A stretch of DNA of 64,000 bases, from assembly GCA_050575255.1 (NCBI GenBank), contig JBNZDD010013732.1:14563682-14627681 (forward strand), written 5' to 3'. This DNA comes from Harriotta raleighana (Eukaryota). The notes under the pieces are model-generated. The model saw nothing but the letters and a program-made list of their open reading frames with translations. It was not told the DNA's origin and made no database searches. The translations under genes were made by a program, and so were the position numbers. How positions within the stretch are numbered: the first letter of the stretch is position 1; the number at the start of each line of letters is the position of its first letter. Of the stretch, positions 10,701-24,789 are shown in pieces.

Positions 10701-12639
10701 AGAGGAATTGTAGAGATTTTGAATGTATATTTTAACAAATTTTTTGCGGGTGTTTAAATCAATTGCAGATACGCAAAAGAGATTATTTGAAAAAAAATCA
10801 CTTTATTGACATTGAGTTTCTTCAGCATTGTCCAGTATCGGCTTTTTCTCTCAATTTGTTTTTGCCAAAGAATTGAACTTTGTTGAAGAATGATAGGTTC
10901 TTTTCAAATCGTTAAATAAAATTGGTAATTCCCTTTATGTTAATTTGTGAGACATTGCTGTTTGCAAATTAACTCCTGGATTTGCCTGCAAAATACACAG
11001 TCATTACACTTCATAATTTATCCTGTGAAGCACTTTGAGATGTGAAAGGCACTATATCAAATATAAAGATAATTATAATTGTTTGTTTAGCAAAGATAAT
11101 TCCCTTATCCTCCCAAAGCCGAACACTTTTGCTTCCATTTGGTCCAGCAGCCTTGACAGACATACAGACTGGAAGGGAGAAAAATCTTTTCCTGGGACTG
11201 ATCAGTGTCTTGGGATGTCCTCCCGATGTGAAAGGTGCTCTATAAATGTAATTTCGTTGTTGTTATATGACAAGGAATGCATTGTTTGAGACTTGTATTA
11301 TTTTTAACTTATAGATTCTATGAAAATGGCAGGAAAGGTTATTATTAGCACATCAATAGAACAACAGCATGTGCATTCAGTGGCAAAGAGGTAAGAGATC
11401 TGAAGCACATTTGTTTTTGATTAAACTGTTGTCTGGTGTAAATAAGGATCAGGTGGATAATCAGTCTTATGCTACCTAGTTCCTTTCACTTAAGAAACCT
11501 TTGGTTTCATCCTATTCACCAACGTGTTCAGAATTGTACAAAAGGAAGATCATTCTGTTCCAGCTGTTAGTTACCCTATGGGTAAGGAAATACTTCTTGA
11601 CGTTGTGATTATCTGACGTTTGTAGTTACCAAGTGTAATTTTGTTGTTATTTAACCCTACACCTGTATCCTTCACAAGCTAAATGTTGTGTCTTCTTGTC
11701 TTGCTGAGGGCTGAAAGTATTGTTCCAGATTTTCATTTGCAGGGCAGTGATATTATTTCCACTGCATCTTCTCCCTTTCCTCTAGTCCTACTTCTGATCA
11801 AGAAGTGTAAGTCAGTCTATTTTAGTTCCTGGTTTCCTATTGGAAGCAGTTTCAGCTGGTGAATGCATTCCAGCTGAAATAAATGGAATCCAAGAAACTT
11901 CAGAGACATCAGTCAGAGGGAATATTTGTGGGAGATGATTGATAGAGAAACATTGGGGATTTTGGAGAGTGGAAATGATAACATAGGATAAAGTTCAAGC
12001 AGGTGAGCTTGATATTTTTGACAAATGGAAACGTGATTTATTTCTGCCATTCTTATGTTTTGCTCTTACGCAACTGAATGTCAATAATAAAAAATAATAA
12101 TCCGTGCATTTGATATAATGCCTTAAGGCGTTTTTGAGACGTCTCAAACTGCTTCACAGAATAGGCTGTAAAGTGAATTGATTGTATTTATTAACAAGTA
12201 AAGTTAATATTAATTATACAGCTGCAAGCTAAGGGTATGGTCATGAATTTGAGGCTTTGTGGTGACAAAATGAAAGCTCCTGTTCAATAACATGATTTTA
12301 CAATTCTGGGTGATTTGCAAAGTAGTCAAAGCAGCATATCTTGTCTGTTTCATTCAGAAACAGTTAGATCAGAATATTTAGATCCAATATTCTCTTGTGA
12401 TCATTTCTCTCCTCCTCCCACAAAACGTGCCCAGCTGGCTGTTTAAGTGCTTTGTGATGTTCTCTGTATGAGAAATGTAAATTGTATCATATGGTGTTAT
12501 TTTTTCAATGGTTCAGTGCGTCTCCCTCCCTTCCTGTCTCTGTCTTCCTCCCTTCCTTCCTCTGTCTTTTCCATGCAGGCTGCTCACTATTAACCTTAAT
12601 GAGTGCCCTGCCCCCTCTCCTCCCTCTGTAATCCCCTAG

Positions 12640-14095
12640 CTCCCACAGCCTCACGTCTTAGTGTGCGCATTTTGCCTACCTCCCCAGACCCAAGCTGACC
12701 CTCCCTCGAAATGACCCCTCCCTGCAAATCTCCCGCTCTGTCCTGCTTTCTAACCCCACCAACCACCCCACAACTTTCCCCTGCTCCAGCTTGGGAATCC
12801 TCCACCAGGCTCATTATAGCACTTGAAATTGGCTGTCCTGCAGCAGCAACATTGACTGTCCCATTCTCCACTACTGCCGCAAGAAACTCAGGGCTAACAT
12901 CTCCTCCCTTATCCACATCACCCCTCTCCATCCCATCCCACACATCCCCCTGCCAACTGTTCCCTCTGCATCAGCCTTCAAAATGTCCACTCCCTCTGCA
13001 ACCTTGGCCATTAACTATCTTATCCTCGATGAGATGACTGCCATCGGCTTTTTTTCCAGCCCCTACACTATCTTGTGCAGCATTCCTCAGGGCTCTGTTC
13101 TTAATCCCCTCCTCTTTACCCTCTACATGCTCCCCCACTGTGACATCATCTGCAGACATGGGGTAAATTTCCAAATGTACATGGGCGACACCCAACTTAT
13201 CTCTCCACTTCCACCATCTACCTGCCTGTAGGACATTGAGTCCTGGATGAGGGACAACTTTCTCCAGCTGAACATCAGCTAGACTGAGGTCCTCTTGATT
13301 CGCTCACGTCAGTACCTCCACACCTCAGGCACTGGCAGCATCAGCATCCAAGGCTACACACTCTATCTCATGAAGTCGTGTTTGACCGTGAACTGTCCTT
13401 TCTCCCCAACATCTGCGCCATGACCAGCACTGCCTTTCATCACCTCCATAAAATTGCCAGACTCCACCACCGCCTCACCCTTCAGGCTGCCGAAACCCTC
13501 ATCCATGCATTCATCTTATCAGAGCTTGACCATGAAACTCCCTCCTCATCAGACTTCCCTGATCTTCCCTTCACAAGCAGCAGATTATCCAGAACTCTGC
13601 AGCTCATGTCCTCTCCCACTCTAGACTCCGCAATCCCATCACTCCCACCCTCGCCCAGCTCCATTGGCTCCCCAGCGCTCAAGAGGATCGAATTCAAGAT
13701 CCTCGTCCTCACTTTCAAGGTCATTCACAGCCCTTACTATCTCTCCAACCTGCTGACTCCCTACCAACCTCCCTGCCCCTCCATTCAGTGTGCTCCGGTC
13801 TGCTCCATGTCTCTTGCCCGACCATCAGTGGCCGGACTTTCAGCCCCTCTGCCCCCACACTCTGGAACTCCAACCCAGTCCCTTCACCTTGCTTCCTCCC
13901 TTGCCTCCTTGAAGGCCAGTCTCAAGACTCTCCTTTTCGATCGTACCTTCTTCCGTCCTCCCACTTCTATCTCTCCCCTCCCCTCGCCCCTACCCTGCCC
14001 CTCCCCCGTGTTCAGATCCCGACTCCTGATTGTGCAGCGACTTGGATTGTCCTCCCGATGTGAAAGGCGCCCTATAAATGTAATTTTGTTGTTGT
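12640..14095 (+). mobile_element. L2 family A, decayed ~1.4 kb copy
   Basis: IPQGSVLNPLLFTLYMLP, QMYMGDTQL, ETLIHAFI, RIEFKILVLTFK; tail cttggattgtcctcccgatgtgaaaggcgccctataaatgtaattttgttgttg. The 5' boundary is uncertain. Confidence 0.85.
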
Positions 14096-15587
14096 ACACA
14101 CTATGGGGAGCAAGGCAGTTTGTTACATTATTTGGGCCCTAGCTGACTCGTGACATGAACTTGAATTTGGTGTATTCTAAATGATCCAGTTATTTAATCT
14201 AGGTAAAGGCGGTCTGTGCAGATATGGATTGATTGCTGTTCGCATCAGAGTGAATTTTGGAGAATGTTACTCAGCTGTTAAAGTTCCACCTTTGTTCGCT
14301 GATTTAAAAACAAATAGGTGTTTTGTTTTCCCTCCCTGCTTGAATTATTCATCATGTCTTTGTATCGTTGGGCAAATACAAACATTGTGCTTGTAGATGG
14401 ATTAACAGTTTAATAAATATATGCAGCAGTGAATGCTATGTGTGCTGCACTGTGATGGGAAATGTTTATCCAAACCGACACATGCTACTGTTTGAGATGT
14501 TGACAAAGTCTAAATATAGGAGAAGGACCAGCATATGTGTCAGAGCTTTCATACATTAATTCAATTCCAATAGTGATGCTTCCCTGGGAGTTGACATTTC
14601 CCATGGCACTGTGCTGTTGGCTTACAGCATGATCTCAGTTCTCAAACAATCAGAGTCCCCAGAGAACTAACAATACTGATAGATCATCATTTTCAGCTCA
14701 TTGTAGCAAATTTGTCTACATATTATGCATGTAAAATCTGCTGCTGTTTGATGTCAAATAATTAATTGATGAACACTAATGTCAAATAGGTTAAAGGAAT
14801 GATCTTAATTAAATTGTGCACCGCAGATTTTATTATTAAAAGCAACATGTGAAGCACGAGAACCTGATTGTCAGGGCTGAAATGTTACTGAGGTGTCCTG
14901 GTTTGTAATATAACACATTGTAATATAGTACACATAACACTGTTGGGATAACAGTGAGAAAAAAATTACCAAGAATAGTCATACTCCAGTGGAATCAAAC
15001 ACCAGCAAAATTTGGATCCAACCAACTGGTTGTAATCAATGTAATAAAGTGATTAATGAACCCATTTATCCTTTATCAGAATCCATAATTTTCACCAAGT
15101 ACTAACATGTTACAGTATTCTCATTTAAGTTGTATTGAGTCCTAACATGTATTCACATGTAAGTTTTATAGAGTTATATAATGTTTAAAATGTTCTGGGA
15201 ACATCTCTGGAGTCTCGCAGAGATAAATTGGTCACCCTTTTTGCCTTCCAGGTGTTTTTTTAATGTATAAATCTTAGCAATCAAGCTCCTTTAATTGTGT
15301 TCCTTGTGAACCAAGTTCAATACCCTGATTGCTTGAGGAAGATTCAGTCTCTGGCTCCAAAAACGAAACAAAATGGAGATTTGCTCCCCTGCATCTAAAT
15401 GCCAAACACTTGTGCTTTGGCTGGGATCTTTAACTATAACTATTTTAATGCAAATTGGAAGATTTCCATTTTCCAGCTAAACCTGTCAATGGACTTTACA
15501 AGATCTCCTAATGTGGGTTTAAATTTCAGTTTCTTTTTTATAATGTTTTTCTCTCCTGAAATCTCCGATCTGATTCTTGCTGATTGT

Positions 15588-15750
15588 ATCATAGAATCAT
15601 AGAATTATACAGCACAGAAGGCCATTCGGCCCATCATGTCTACGCCAGCTCCGAAAAGAGCAATCCAACTGGCCCACTTTCTCTCCATAGCCCTGCAATC
15701 TTGTCCTTCCCAAATATCTATCTACTTCTCTCTTAAAAGTTATTGTTGAG
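15588..15750 (-). mobile_element. CR1 3' fragment
   Basis: (ATCATAGA)n tail plus ggccattcggcccatc; ORF remnant TITFKREVDRYLGRT..QGYGEK. Confidence 0.8.
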
Positions 15751-16251
15751 TTAAAACTGTAGTTCCAAAGATGCTGGTTGGCATCTGGTATCTCATTCAA
15801 ATGGCCATTCTTAATGCGTTAGCCGAGAGGCAGAATGTTGTCATGGTGTTAGACCATGAGAGGCACAAGAGCCTACTCTATTAGTCAGGAATGGAAACCC
15901 AGGCTGTTTTATTCCTTTTCTAGCCTGAGGCACTACTACAACAACAACAACAAAATTACACTTATAGAGCGCGTTTCACGTCAGGAGGATGTGAGCCAAT
16001 TGTAACCTCTGATGCTGTTGTTCCTCAGATAAACTATGGAACTAGCATTAGATAGTCCCAGAACATCAAAACCATGAGATTGCCTTTTTTCAAGATCAAA
16101 CAGAGACTTGGCTGTGCCTTGATTTTTAATAAAAGTTAAATTTCCAAGCCAGTTAACAATTCTGTGTTTAGAGTTTCCTGGAGAGTGAGACCAGCGTAAT
16201 TCATATCCTTCATGTTTGGTACAGTGTATTTGAAAATCACAGCGCTCCTAA

Positions 16252-16833
16252 AATCAATCAATCAATCCAAATTACATTTATATAGCACTTTTCATGTTGG
16301 GAGGACATCCCAAGGCGCTGTACAGTCAAGTAGGGATCAGAGTGGGGGGGGAGGGGGAAGGAAAGTACAAAAAGATTGACTGTATATTTGTGGACGAAAT
16401 GTGGCAGCCAAATTGTGCACAGCAGCGTCCCACAAACAGTCATGGAAGTGGGGTTAGGGGAGAAAGGGGGAAAAGATGGCAAGGGGAGGGGTCGGGGTAG
16501 GGGGAAGGAGAATAGGAAAACCAACTGTATATTTGTGGGCGAAACACGGCAGCCAAATTGTGCACAATAGTGTCCAGTCGAGGAAGTGGGGCCGGGGGAG
16601 AAAGGGGGGAAAGGGGGGAGATGGAGGGAAAGACGGGGTGGTGTAAAATCAGGGAGGAAAAGGGGGGGAGAAAGGGGGGCAAGGGGAAAATCAGGGAGGA
16701 AAAGGGGAGAGAAAGGGGGCTGGGGAAAGAGGGAGGGAAAGGTGGGTATGGGGCAAAATCAGATAGAAATGGGGAGAAAGGAGGATAAGAGGGAGGGAAG
16801 GGGGGAAAGGGAGGGAAGAAGAAGAAAAGGAGT
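16252..16833 (-). mobile_element. Composite non-autonomous retroelement, copy 1 (CT-rich tract + 2 Deu modules + L2 tail)
   Basis: (TCAA)n tail on +, L2 family A terminus, two tandem gactgtatatttgtgggcgaaa..ggcagccaaattgtgcaca modules and a purine-rich tract; colinear with the reverse complement of 26702-27416. Confidence 0.8.
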
Positions 16834-16984
16834 GGGAAAGATCAGCGGGCAGGAGGAGCACCAAACAACAACATCAACAATAATAAACCAAAAAAGCAAC
16901 AGCAACAACAATTTACAACAATTAAAACCATATCTTGGAAGAAAGATGGACAGTCAGAAAACCTTACAGGTGGACAGTGAGGCC

Positions 16985-17054
16985 TGATGTGGTGCTTGAA
17001 CCCACAACTAGAACCTTATGACTCAGAGTCGAGAGTTGTACTAACTGAGCCAGG
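16985..17054 (-). mobile_element. tRNA-derived SINE head (SacSINE1-like), possibly the 5' end of the composite element
   Basis: Minus strand reads cctggctcagttag (A box)...ctctgagtcataaggtt...gtgggttcaagcacc (B box). Confidence 0.65.
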
Positions 17055-18329
17055 AAGATACAATAAATTCTGTCTCCCAACAACCTTCCTTAATGAAGTT
17101 GCTAATTTAGTCTTACTTTGTGCCAAACAGTGTGTTTTTGTATGGGTTAATTAGGGAAATGGTATTATGTATAAAACAAATCAGGTTAGAGAAATATTGC
17201 TTACTTCCGAGATATGTCTTAAAGCACTAGGCTGTCAGAAATGAACAGTTATTCCAAATTCAACAATTTCTATATAGAGTGACAATATTCTTCAGGCTTC
17301 TTGGAAGGCACTACTGTTTTACTCGATATTCATTCCTGCTCTTTCATCATCGCTCTGGCCATTTTCCCAGCCATTGCTGAAACACACTTTTTATTTGGAA
17401 AATATTGGGCTGTGCCTTATTCACCAAGAGACTTGGGATTGTGTCACTGCTTTAAAAATACATGCAGTTTAATATACTGATGTTAGGCTGAAAATATTTT
17501 TTAAATTCCCCTTACACTGATATGTTTGCCCTATGTGAGAAAGAGAACTGTTATATATAGATTTGTACATCTATATACAGTATATGTATAAACATGATGA
17601 ATCTAATTATTCAGTGTTTTGGTGGAAACAGTAACACAATTTGCCTGAGTTCTGAGCTATCTTATTACCAAATCTGTTAACCTTCCATCTCGCCCTTTAG
17701 ATTTCACCTGCTGCAATGATAGCACAGGTGAATTCTTATTTTGTCCCAAATTAACTCTTTCATTGAACAGAGGGAAGGTTCCAGAGTTTTACGATGAAGG
17801 TACTGGTTGCATGTGTGTAATTTGGTAATACAGTAATCCAATTAAAGTAATCCTTAATAACAGTGATATAGAAAATAGGATTATAATTATAATTCAAGTG
17901 GCAGGACTTCAACCCCACACCTGTTATTTCCAACCCAAATACGGGATGGATTATCCTTACCAAGTCTTTGTGATCCTTGTTGGATATTGTTTGACTGTGC
18001 ACTTTTGACTGCGATGTTCACATTCATTCACAAATTCAAATCATAGTGTAGTATAATAGTTTTATCCATAAACAGAATGTCAGTATCTTTAAATGTTTCT
18101 CCCTCATTCAGCTGTTAACGTTCAGTTTCCTTTTCTCTGCTGTGTTGAATTGGAATGCCACATGCAAAGTGGATGCTTGGAAATTTAGTTAAATCTATCC
18201 AAGTACCTGTACAAAGTGCTTTTCACATTTTGCTGAAAAATAAAGAAACTGTCCTAAACTGAGAAAGGTTAAGCACCTCATAATGGATAAAAGCGAGTTG
18301 ATGAAGATTATTTCATAAGGAGTCAACCG

Positions 18330-18500
18330 GGCTTAATCAGTGCACTCTTGCCTCTGAATCAGAAGGTTGTGGGTTTAAATTCCATGTCAGGAACTTGAGC
18401 TCACATCGTCTCAGCTGATATTCCAGAGCAGGACTGGGGGGTGTTAATTTTCAGATGTTACGTCCAAGATCCCACTTGCCTGTTTGTGTGGGCAAACCAT
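18330..18500 (+). mobile_element. Old SacSINE1-like Deu SINE 5' fragment (family 2)
   Basis: gcactcttgcctctgaatcagaaggttgtgggtttaaattcc...acttgagc...gctgatattccag matches the heads at 30175 and 37755. Confidence 0.65.
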
Positions 18501-21500
18501 TCAAGGACATTCTAGGATCTGGGATCCTTTGGCTTCCAGTAAATCTGAGCAGTGGTAGAGATGGGGAATGATGAGGAAACATACCCTTCTGATGGCACTC
18601 TGGAGGGCGAAGCTTGCCCTTCTCTTGTCCTGCTGCAGGTGGAGATTCTGAGGCATATGGCTGTCTCAATGAGCAATACATAGGCTCCACCTGGAGCTGG
18701 ATATGTGCCAAAATGTGTGGGCACCTTCCTGCAGGCTCACTCCTCATTACACTTAGTATTCCCTAACTGCATATAGAAGCTTGGGGACCCGTTTTTATAT
18801 TTGTGAATGCTATGTGACTTTTTGCAGATTAGTTTTGTATACCTGTGACATCTGTGTGACCTTGCATATACCATGGTTTAACCAGATTTGTAAACTATAT
18901 GCATTTAACATTGCCATGTGATTGCCATGATATGTATGTACCATGAGACAAAGTATTGCTGTTGTACCAAAATGTGGGCTAATTTATTATTTCAAAAGAA
19001 TTGCTTTATTTTTAATGACCACTATTAGAAGAACTGAAAGTGGATTAATACTTGATTTGAGGCAATTTTTGACTTTCTTCAAAACATTTTTCATACTTCT
19101 TGTTGGACTTAATTTGATTGGTTGGATGTGGAATGCATATTTAAAGTTTCAGGCTTCTCGATCCATTCCCCCAACGCTAGTCTTTTTAAATGTGGCCTAA
19201 CCAAGCCAAACATAGTCACTTCTTATTGAATGTGAACAAGTTAGAGCTAGAGATTAGTTGCACTACACAGGTCCAACATATAAAATTAATCATAGTCTAT
19301 GCATTTTATCATGCACACATTTGAATCTGGTTATGTTTGTATTGCAAGAATGAGGGAGTTGACATTTTTCAAAGCCATATTTGCACAGTAGTGAAGGTCA
19401 CTGTGCAGATCATTTTGGGGTACCAATGGCATGATACTTTGTCAGAGAAATGAGAAATAAATCCAGCAACAACAACTTCGATTTATACAGCGCCCTCCAT
19501 GCCGGACAGCATCTGAGAGCTTCACAACATATGTCAGTCTTCACATAATATATGCACATGACGTATGTCGCTTAATATTTCCAAAAGTTATAGTTACTGA
19601 GAGTGTCAAGCTTAAAAAAAAAATTGTTTATCAGTTATAGTGTTTGTCAAGTAGAATCTGTTTGACTGTGATTTAATAATCCAGTATGAAAATACCTTTT
19701 ATAGTATTCGGCTTTTCAATCACAGGTTCTGCAGAGTGTTATTTAAATGTAAAAGCAAATGGAAATTTTGCTTTAATATCAGTCAATCAGATAAAAGTGC
19801 TGTAAATAAATGCAAATCAAGTGAATAGGTGCTGCAATAAATTGATGTTGTAAATATACTGGGTTCCAGAAAAGTACTCTTTACCGAGGAATTGTAGTCA
19901 ACAGAGGGCTGTGCAAAATGTGCAAAGCTTCGATGCATAGGATCAAAATTTTAAATTTTTTCTAAAACATTTTGGCAGTACAGTATTACCAATTTACCAA
20001 AATTTCCTTTTCACACCATTTAGGTTAATTGTACTAAGGACATTCATAGGTATGGGAGGTATCAATGCAGCTATCTGCCAGGATGATGTGCATTATTTAA
20101 ATAGGCAGGTAACACTATACTTAAGTCTGATCTGAACCTGTTCCAACTGTTTATTCCGCAGTCTAGTCTATACCTGTACAGTCAGCTGTCTTCTGTGTAG
20201 CCTCCTATTCTGTTTTCACTTCATCCTTGTATCTCAACTGTACAACTCAACAGTCATGTTCTCCCCATTTCCCGATGTTGGCATTCTGTCAAATGAAAGC
20301 TAAATTCAAAGATATTAACATGTAATATAATTACAACCACTACATTGGTTAATTCTTCTTGTTTTTCATGACTAATAAACAGAGTGTTTCCTTGATGTTC
20401 CAGCCAACAGTCCCCCAAATAAAGTTAGAGATTCACTTCACTGATATTTTATGGTAAACTGCTGTGTGCAAACTGGCTGCCACATTTGCTGACAAAATAC
20501 AGTCACTGCACTTTAGAGTAAATACTGTGAAGCGCTTTGAGACATCTTCCACTTGAAAGGCACTATATTGAAAGCAAAGATTATTTTCATTATAATTCTA
20601 ATGAGGTGAAAATGCTATCTGTTTAAAAAAAACTGATGTTTCATCCAACTACTGTATAAATATCTTGCCTAGATTTGAAGCTGCTGTTTTTTTTTGCAAA
20701 ACAAATCCTAAATGGATAAGCAAAATATAGCATAAATGTAATTGAGCACCACTAAGTGTTACATCCCATTTAAACATTTCAAAGTAAATTAGATAATTAT
20801 TTGATGACTTACAATAAAGAAAGAGCAGCAAATTGAGATTAGAGTTAGCAGTTTAATTGGAGGAGTATAAGATTAATGGATCATATTTAAAGAGAACTCA
20901 ATAAGCACATGTAGAGGAAGGGTATTATAAAGTATGGGGATTAGGCAAGGAATTGGGATTAGGATAGATGGCTTCTTGATGGAGCAAAAAATGGCTTTCT
21001 ACTGTGTCTGGTTTCTTGGTTTGTGCAGGTCAAATAGTCTACCTCTATGCTGTAATTTCTAGGATGGATTTGAAGCTGTAGTTTTTGCAACAACAAATCT
21101 CATTTGGATAAGTGAAATGTGGTGAAAGTGTGGTTGAGCAGTGCTAAGATTATTTTATTCCAATCTTTTCTTTCAGTTCTACATGAATGTGATCTTATGA
21201 TTTCTGACTGTGATTGAGGATGCTTTTTCACTTTTATCATTCTGAGCATGAATCTAATCAAAGTTAAAGTTACTCATCTGTCCTTCTGAGTTCCTTAACT
21301 GAGGTGGGTTAAGGTAATTTCAGATGAGATCTCAGAAGACAAAAGTATCAATAATTGTACAGTTTCAGCCTTACAGTTCTGGGGTTAATTGTGTGGTAAA
21401 TAGGATTCCCATTTGATAAAGGGACAGTGTAAGATAGGAAGGAAATTCATCTGGCTGTAATATTTGAAGTTATTATTATACAAATGGCATACAGCTTGGA

Positions 21501-21924
21501 TTTGCTGATACTTCAACCGTGCCTTGAAACTAATAGTTCTGAAAATATTAAGTCATGGCAGAATAAAAAGTAGGTGTTTTCTTCACACAAGCTGATTTGA
21601 TATCAGGTTTTAAATGAATGACTCAGTGTTTCCTTTTCTCCGTTGATAAAATAATAATAATCTTTACATTTGATACAGTGTCTTTCTCATCAGATGGATG
21701 TTTCCAAGCACTTCGCAGGATTCAGGATGCTTATGTTCTTATGAAATCAGATCTAAATTTTATTTTGAGGTGGACACCGGGATCAAACTCCCTTCTCTTT
21801 TAACATCCAATTGAACTGTCATTTCGGACTTCAGTTTAATATTTCACCAGAAGAAAACCAAGTCTGGCATTGCATCCTTCCCTAATCCCACCTTCAACCC
21901 CCCCCCCCCCACCATTCTAATACC

Positions 21925-22185
21925 AGTTTCCTGCTCGTCCTTTGCCCCACCATTGGAAGTCACACTTTCAGCCACTACCCCAGTTTACTCTGGAACACTT
22001 TCCCTCAATCCCTCTGACTTGCCCCCTTTCTCCCCCTTTGTAAGCCCCATTTGAAAACCTACCTCTTTGACCGGCCACCTCCCCACAAGCCCCCCCTCCC
22101 CCTGTTTGGAGCTAGGCTCTGCCACTGTTAAGCGCTCTGAGACACTACCTGGCATAGGGGGGCTATATAAGTGCAAGTTGTTGTT
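21925..22185 (+). mobile_element. L2 3' fragment
   Basis: ttcagccactac...ctctggaacac...acctctttgaccg; tail aagcgctctgagacactacctggcatagggggctatataagtgcaagttgttg. Confidence 0.75.
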
Positions 22186-22496
22186 TTCTGTGAGTTTCAA
22201 GTACTAATGCAGGGCTTGAACCATAATCTTCAAACTCAGAGCTACCAACTGATATCTCAAAAAATATTAAGTCACAGCAAAATACAAAACAGATGTTTTA
22301 TTTATAAAAGCTGATACAAAGAATATGAAAAGGTATCCTTGCCTATTAAGGCCCTTTCCTTCTCTTTTCCTTTTCTTCTCTGCATGTGTTTACAGTTGCT
22401 CCTGCATACTCTGCGGAGTTCCTGGATACAACCTCACATCATGGAACAGTGGAATATGAGAAAACTACACTGCTAATACGTGTTTTTATTTTCAGC

Positions 22497-22720
22497 TCAA
22501 ATTTATATTTGTAAAGTGTGTTTCATGTTGTGAGGACATCCCAAGATGCTTAACAGTCGAGGATTAGGACCAGGGGGTGGCGGGGGGGTTGTTGGGATGA
22601 GGAAGGGCAGAGAGGTAGGAAGGCAGCTGAAGACACAGTCAAAAAGAAGGGTCTTGAGTTGTGCCTTGATGGAGGCATTGGAACGAGCAAGGCTGAGCAG
22701 TTGGGGGCAATCTGGATGAA
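22497..22720 (-). mobile_element. L2 family A 3' fragment
   Basis: Reverse tail tttcatgttgtgaggacatcccaagatgct followed by cagtcaaaaagaagggtcttgag. Confidence 0.6.
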
Positions 22721-24789
22721 TTTTGTAAACGCGCCACTCATAAGTGACGTGGTTTATATTGCTCTTTAAATGAATGTTGTTTTTGACACCCCTTGTGCAA
22801 GATCTATAGCAATTCTCTCTGATTTAATTGAACTGACGAGGTTGAGAAACTGGCTCGCTTTTGTTGGAAACAGATTTTTAATGTGTGCGTCTCGCAGGAT
22901 AAGGTGCACTGAATTATAAATATAAGAAATCAGATAGACAGTAATTCTAATTAGAATAAATTAAGTGTTCCTTATTACTCGTCATGCCAAGGAGCTCCTT
23001 AATGTGTTCATAAAGGGATTCATAGAGATTCTCAGTAACGGGTCCACTATTAGAGAGAAAAAAGTGCTGCTTGATCTGTTTTATAATTCAAAGTCTTCAG
23101 CTTCACTGCCACTTTGGAGGTATACATTGCTGTTCCCCAGGGTAACAAATTACCATAGCTCATAATCCTACTGACGAGAGCTTCATAAGTGGACATTCTA
23201 ACCACCTACAGACATGCTGCCCTCACAAGCAACATCCCTTGGGATGCTTTCTGCAATTTAAAATTCAGTATGATTTGAGAGTAAAGTTGAAATGATTTTC
23301 ATTTCAGGTCAGCTTGTGATTAAATGGCAATATTGATCCTGAGAGCTATTTTGAATGTACTTAAAACAACTGTTATTACAAAGATGTGGTTGCAGGAAAA
23401 AAAGCTAAGCGGATTTGATTATCCATAGGTATGTTGTTATACATTCTTGAGCACAAATGTGCGCATATTTCAGAAATAAAATTAACTTTAAAGGATGTGT
23501 TTTGACTGCTAATCAGTCCATATCACACCAAAGCTCCACATCTAGCTGCCCTCTTTCTTTCTGGGCTATGCTCATCAATATTCCAACAGATCTGATTGAT
23601 TCAGATCTTGCATCCTGTATTTGTTATAATTTCATGTTGTTCATATCATTTAACCCTCAAATAACCTATTGGTAATTTCAGATCCATTTTCCATTCCGAA
23701 GAGAAAAAATAACAAAACTCAAAACACCCATTGAGAGGAAAATCCTGTTGAAAAAGTGTGTTGAGGGATACAATTGGAAAATTTCAATTTCTCCATTGAT
23801 TTTCCTCAGAGTTGCATGATTAAAACTGATTTATTTTTCCAGGAAAGCTAGCTTGCTCATTTATCTCCATCCTCTCATAACTGATCATTGTCACTAGTTA
23901 GCAAAGAATGGCTGTTTATGAAAGGGGGAAACCCAAACAGCTTGAGCTTCATACAAAAGGTGCCGGGCATGTAGTCGATGAAAGAAAATATGCCTTGAGA
24001 AATAGAACTATTGTGCCATATAAAATTCTTCATTCCTTCACTAAAAATAATAGGTTACCTTAACGTTTATCAGATGATCTCGCTTGTGCTGCTGTTATCC
24101 TTTTGATTGTGAAAGTATCAAAGCCCAATAATGTTATCAACCAACCCTCAGTCGGTGAGGAATCAATTTGCTGGTTTCAAGGCCCCACTGCAATTTCTTG
24201 CCTGTAGTTCCACTTTGAAATGAAAACGCAATACATTCACGCTTTCAACAGATGTAACGCGGAGACCAACATTTGTCAGCTCCTTAATTCTAAAATAAAC
24301 TGGAAGAGAGAAGCTAAAGAAATCACTGGCTTCTCAAATTGTGTTAGTTTATACAGTGTTTCAAGTATAATTCATCTTACTTCATTTACTGTCTCATTCC
24401 GAAAGGGTTTCAAAAAATACTTGCAACAGTTTTGCAATGAGTTTGCCTCATTTTTCTCAAACAAAACAAATTTGATTATGGTTTTCTTAGCCGATATCTG
24501 ACCTCTGGGACTTAATATCTGGGATGCAACAGACCCACGAGTAACGTTAAGGGACAAGATAGTATATCATTTTAAAATGAGTCAGCTGTTTGCCCTGGAA
24601 ATTAAGTTTATCTCAATATAATTTGCGTAAATTTGATTTGTCAAAAGTTATTTGACCACTGCTTTTAGTTTGACATTTTATTACTTGATTTTCTGCCACT
24701 AATTGTGACAACAGAAACAACAACAACTTGCATTGTGTAGTGCCTTTCAGGCAGGGCACATCTTGGAGCACTAACTGGGATACATTTCA

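Noticed and set aside
16258-16987. G/R/E/K-rich and P/S-rich ORFs (also 26922-27417)
   Set aside because: They result from the purine/pyrimidine low-complexity tract of the composite repeat.
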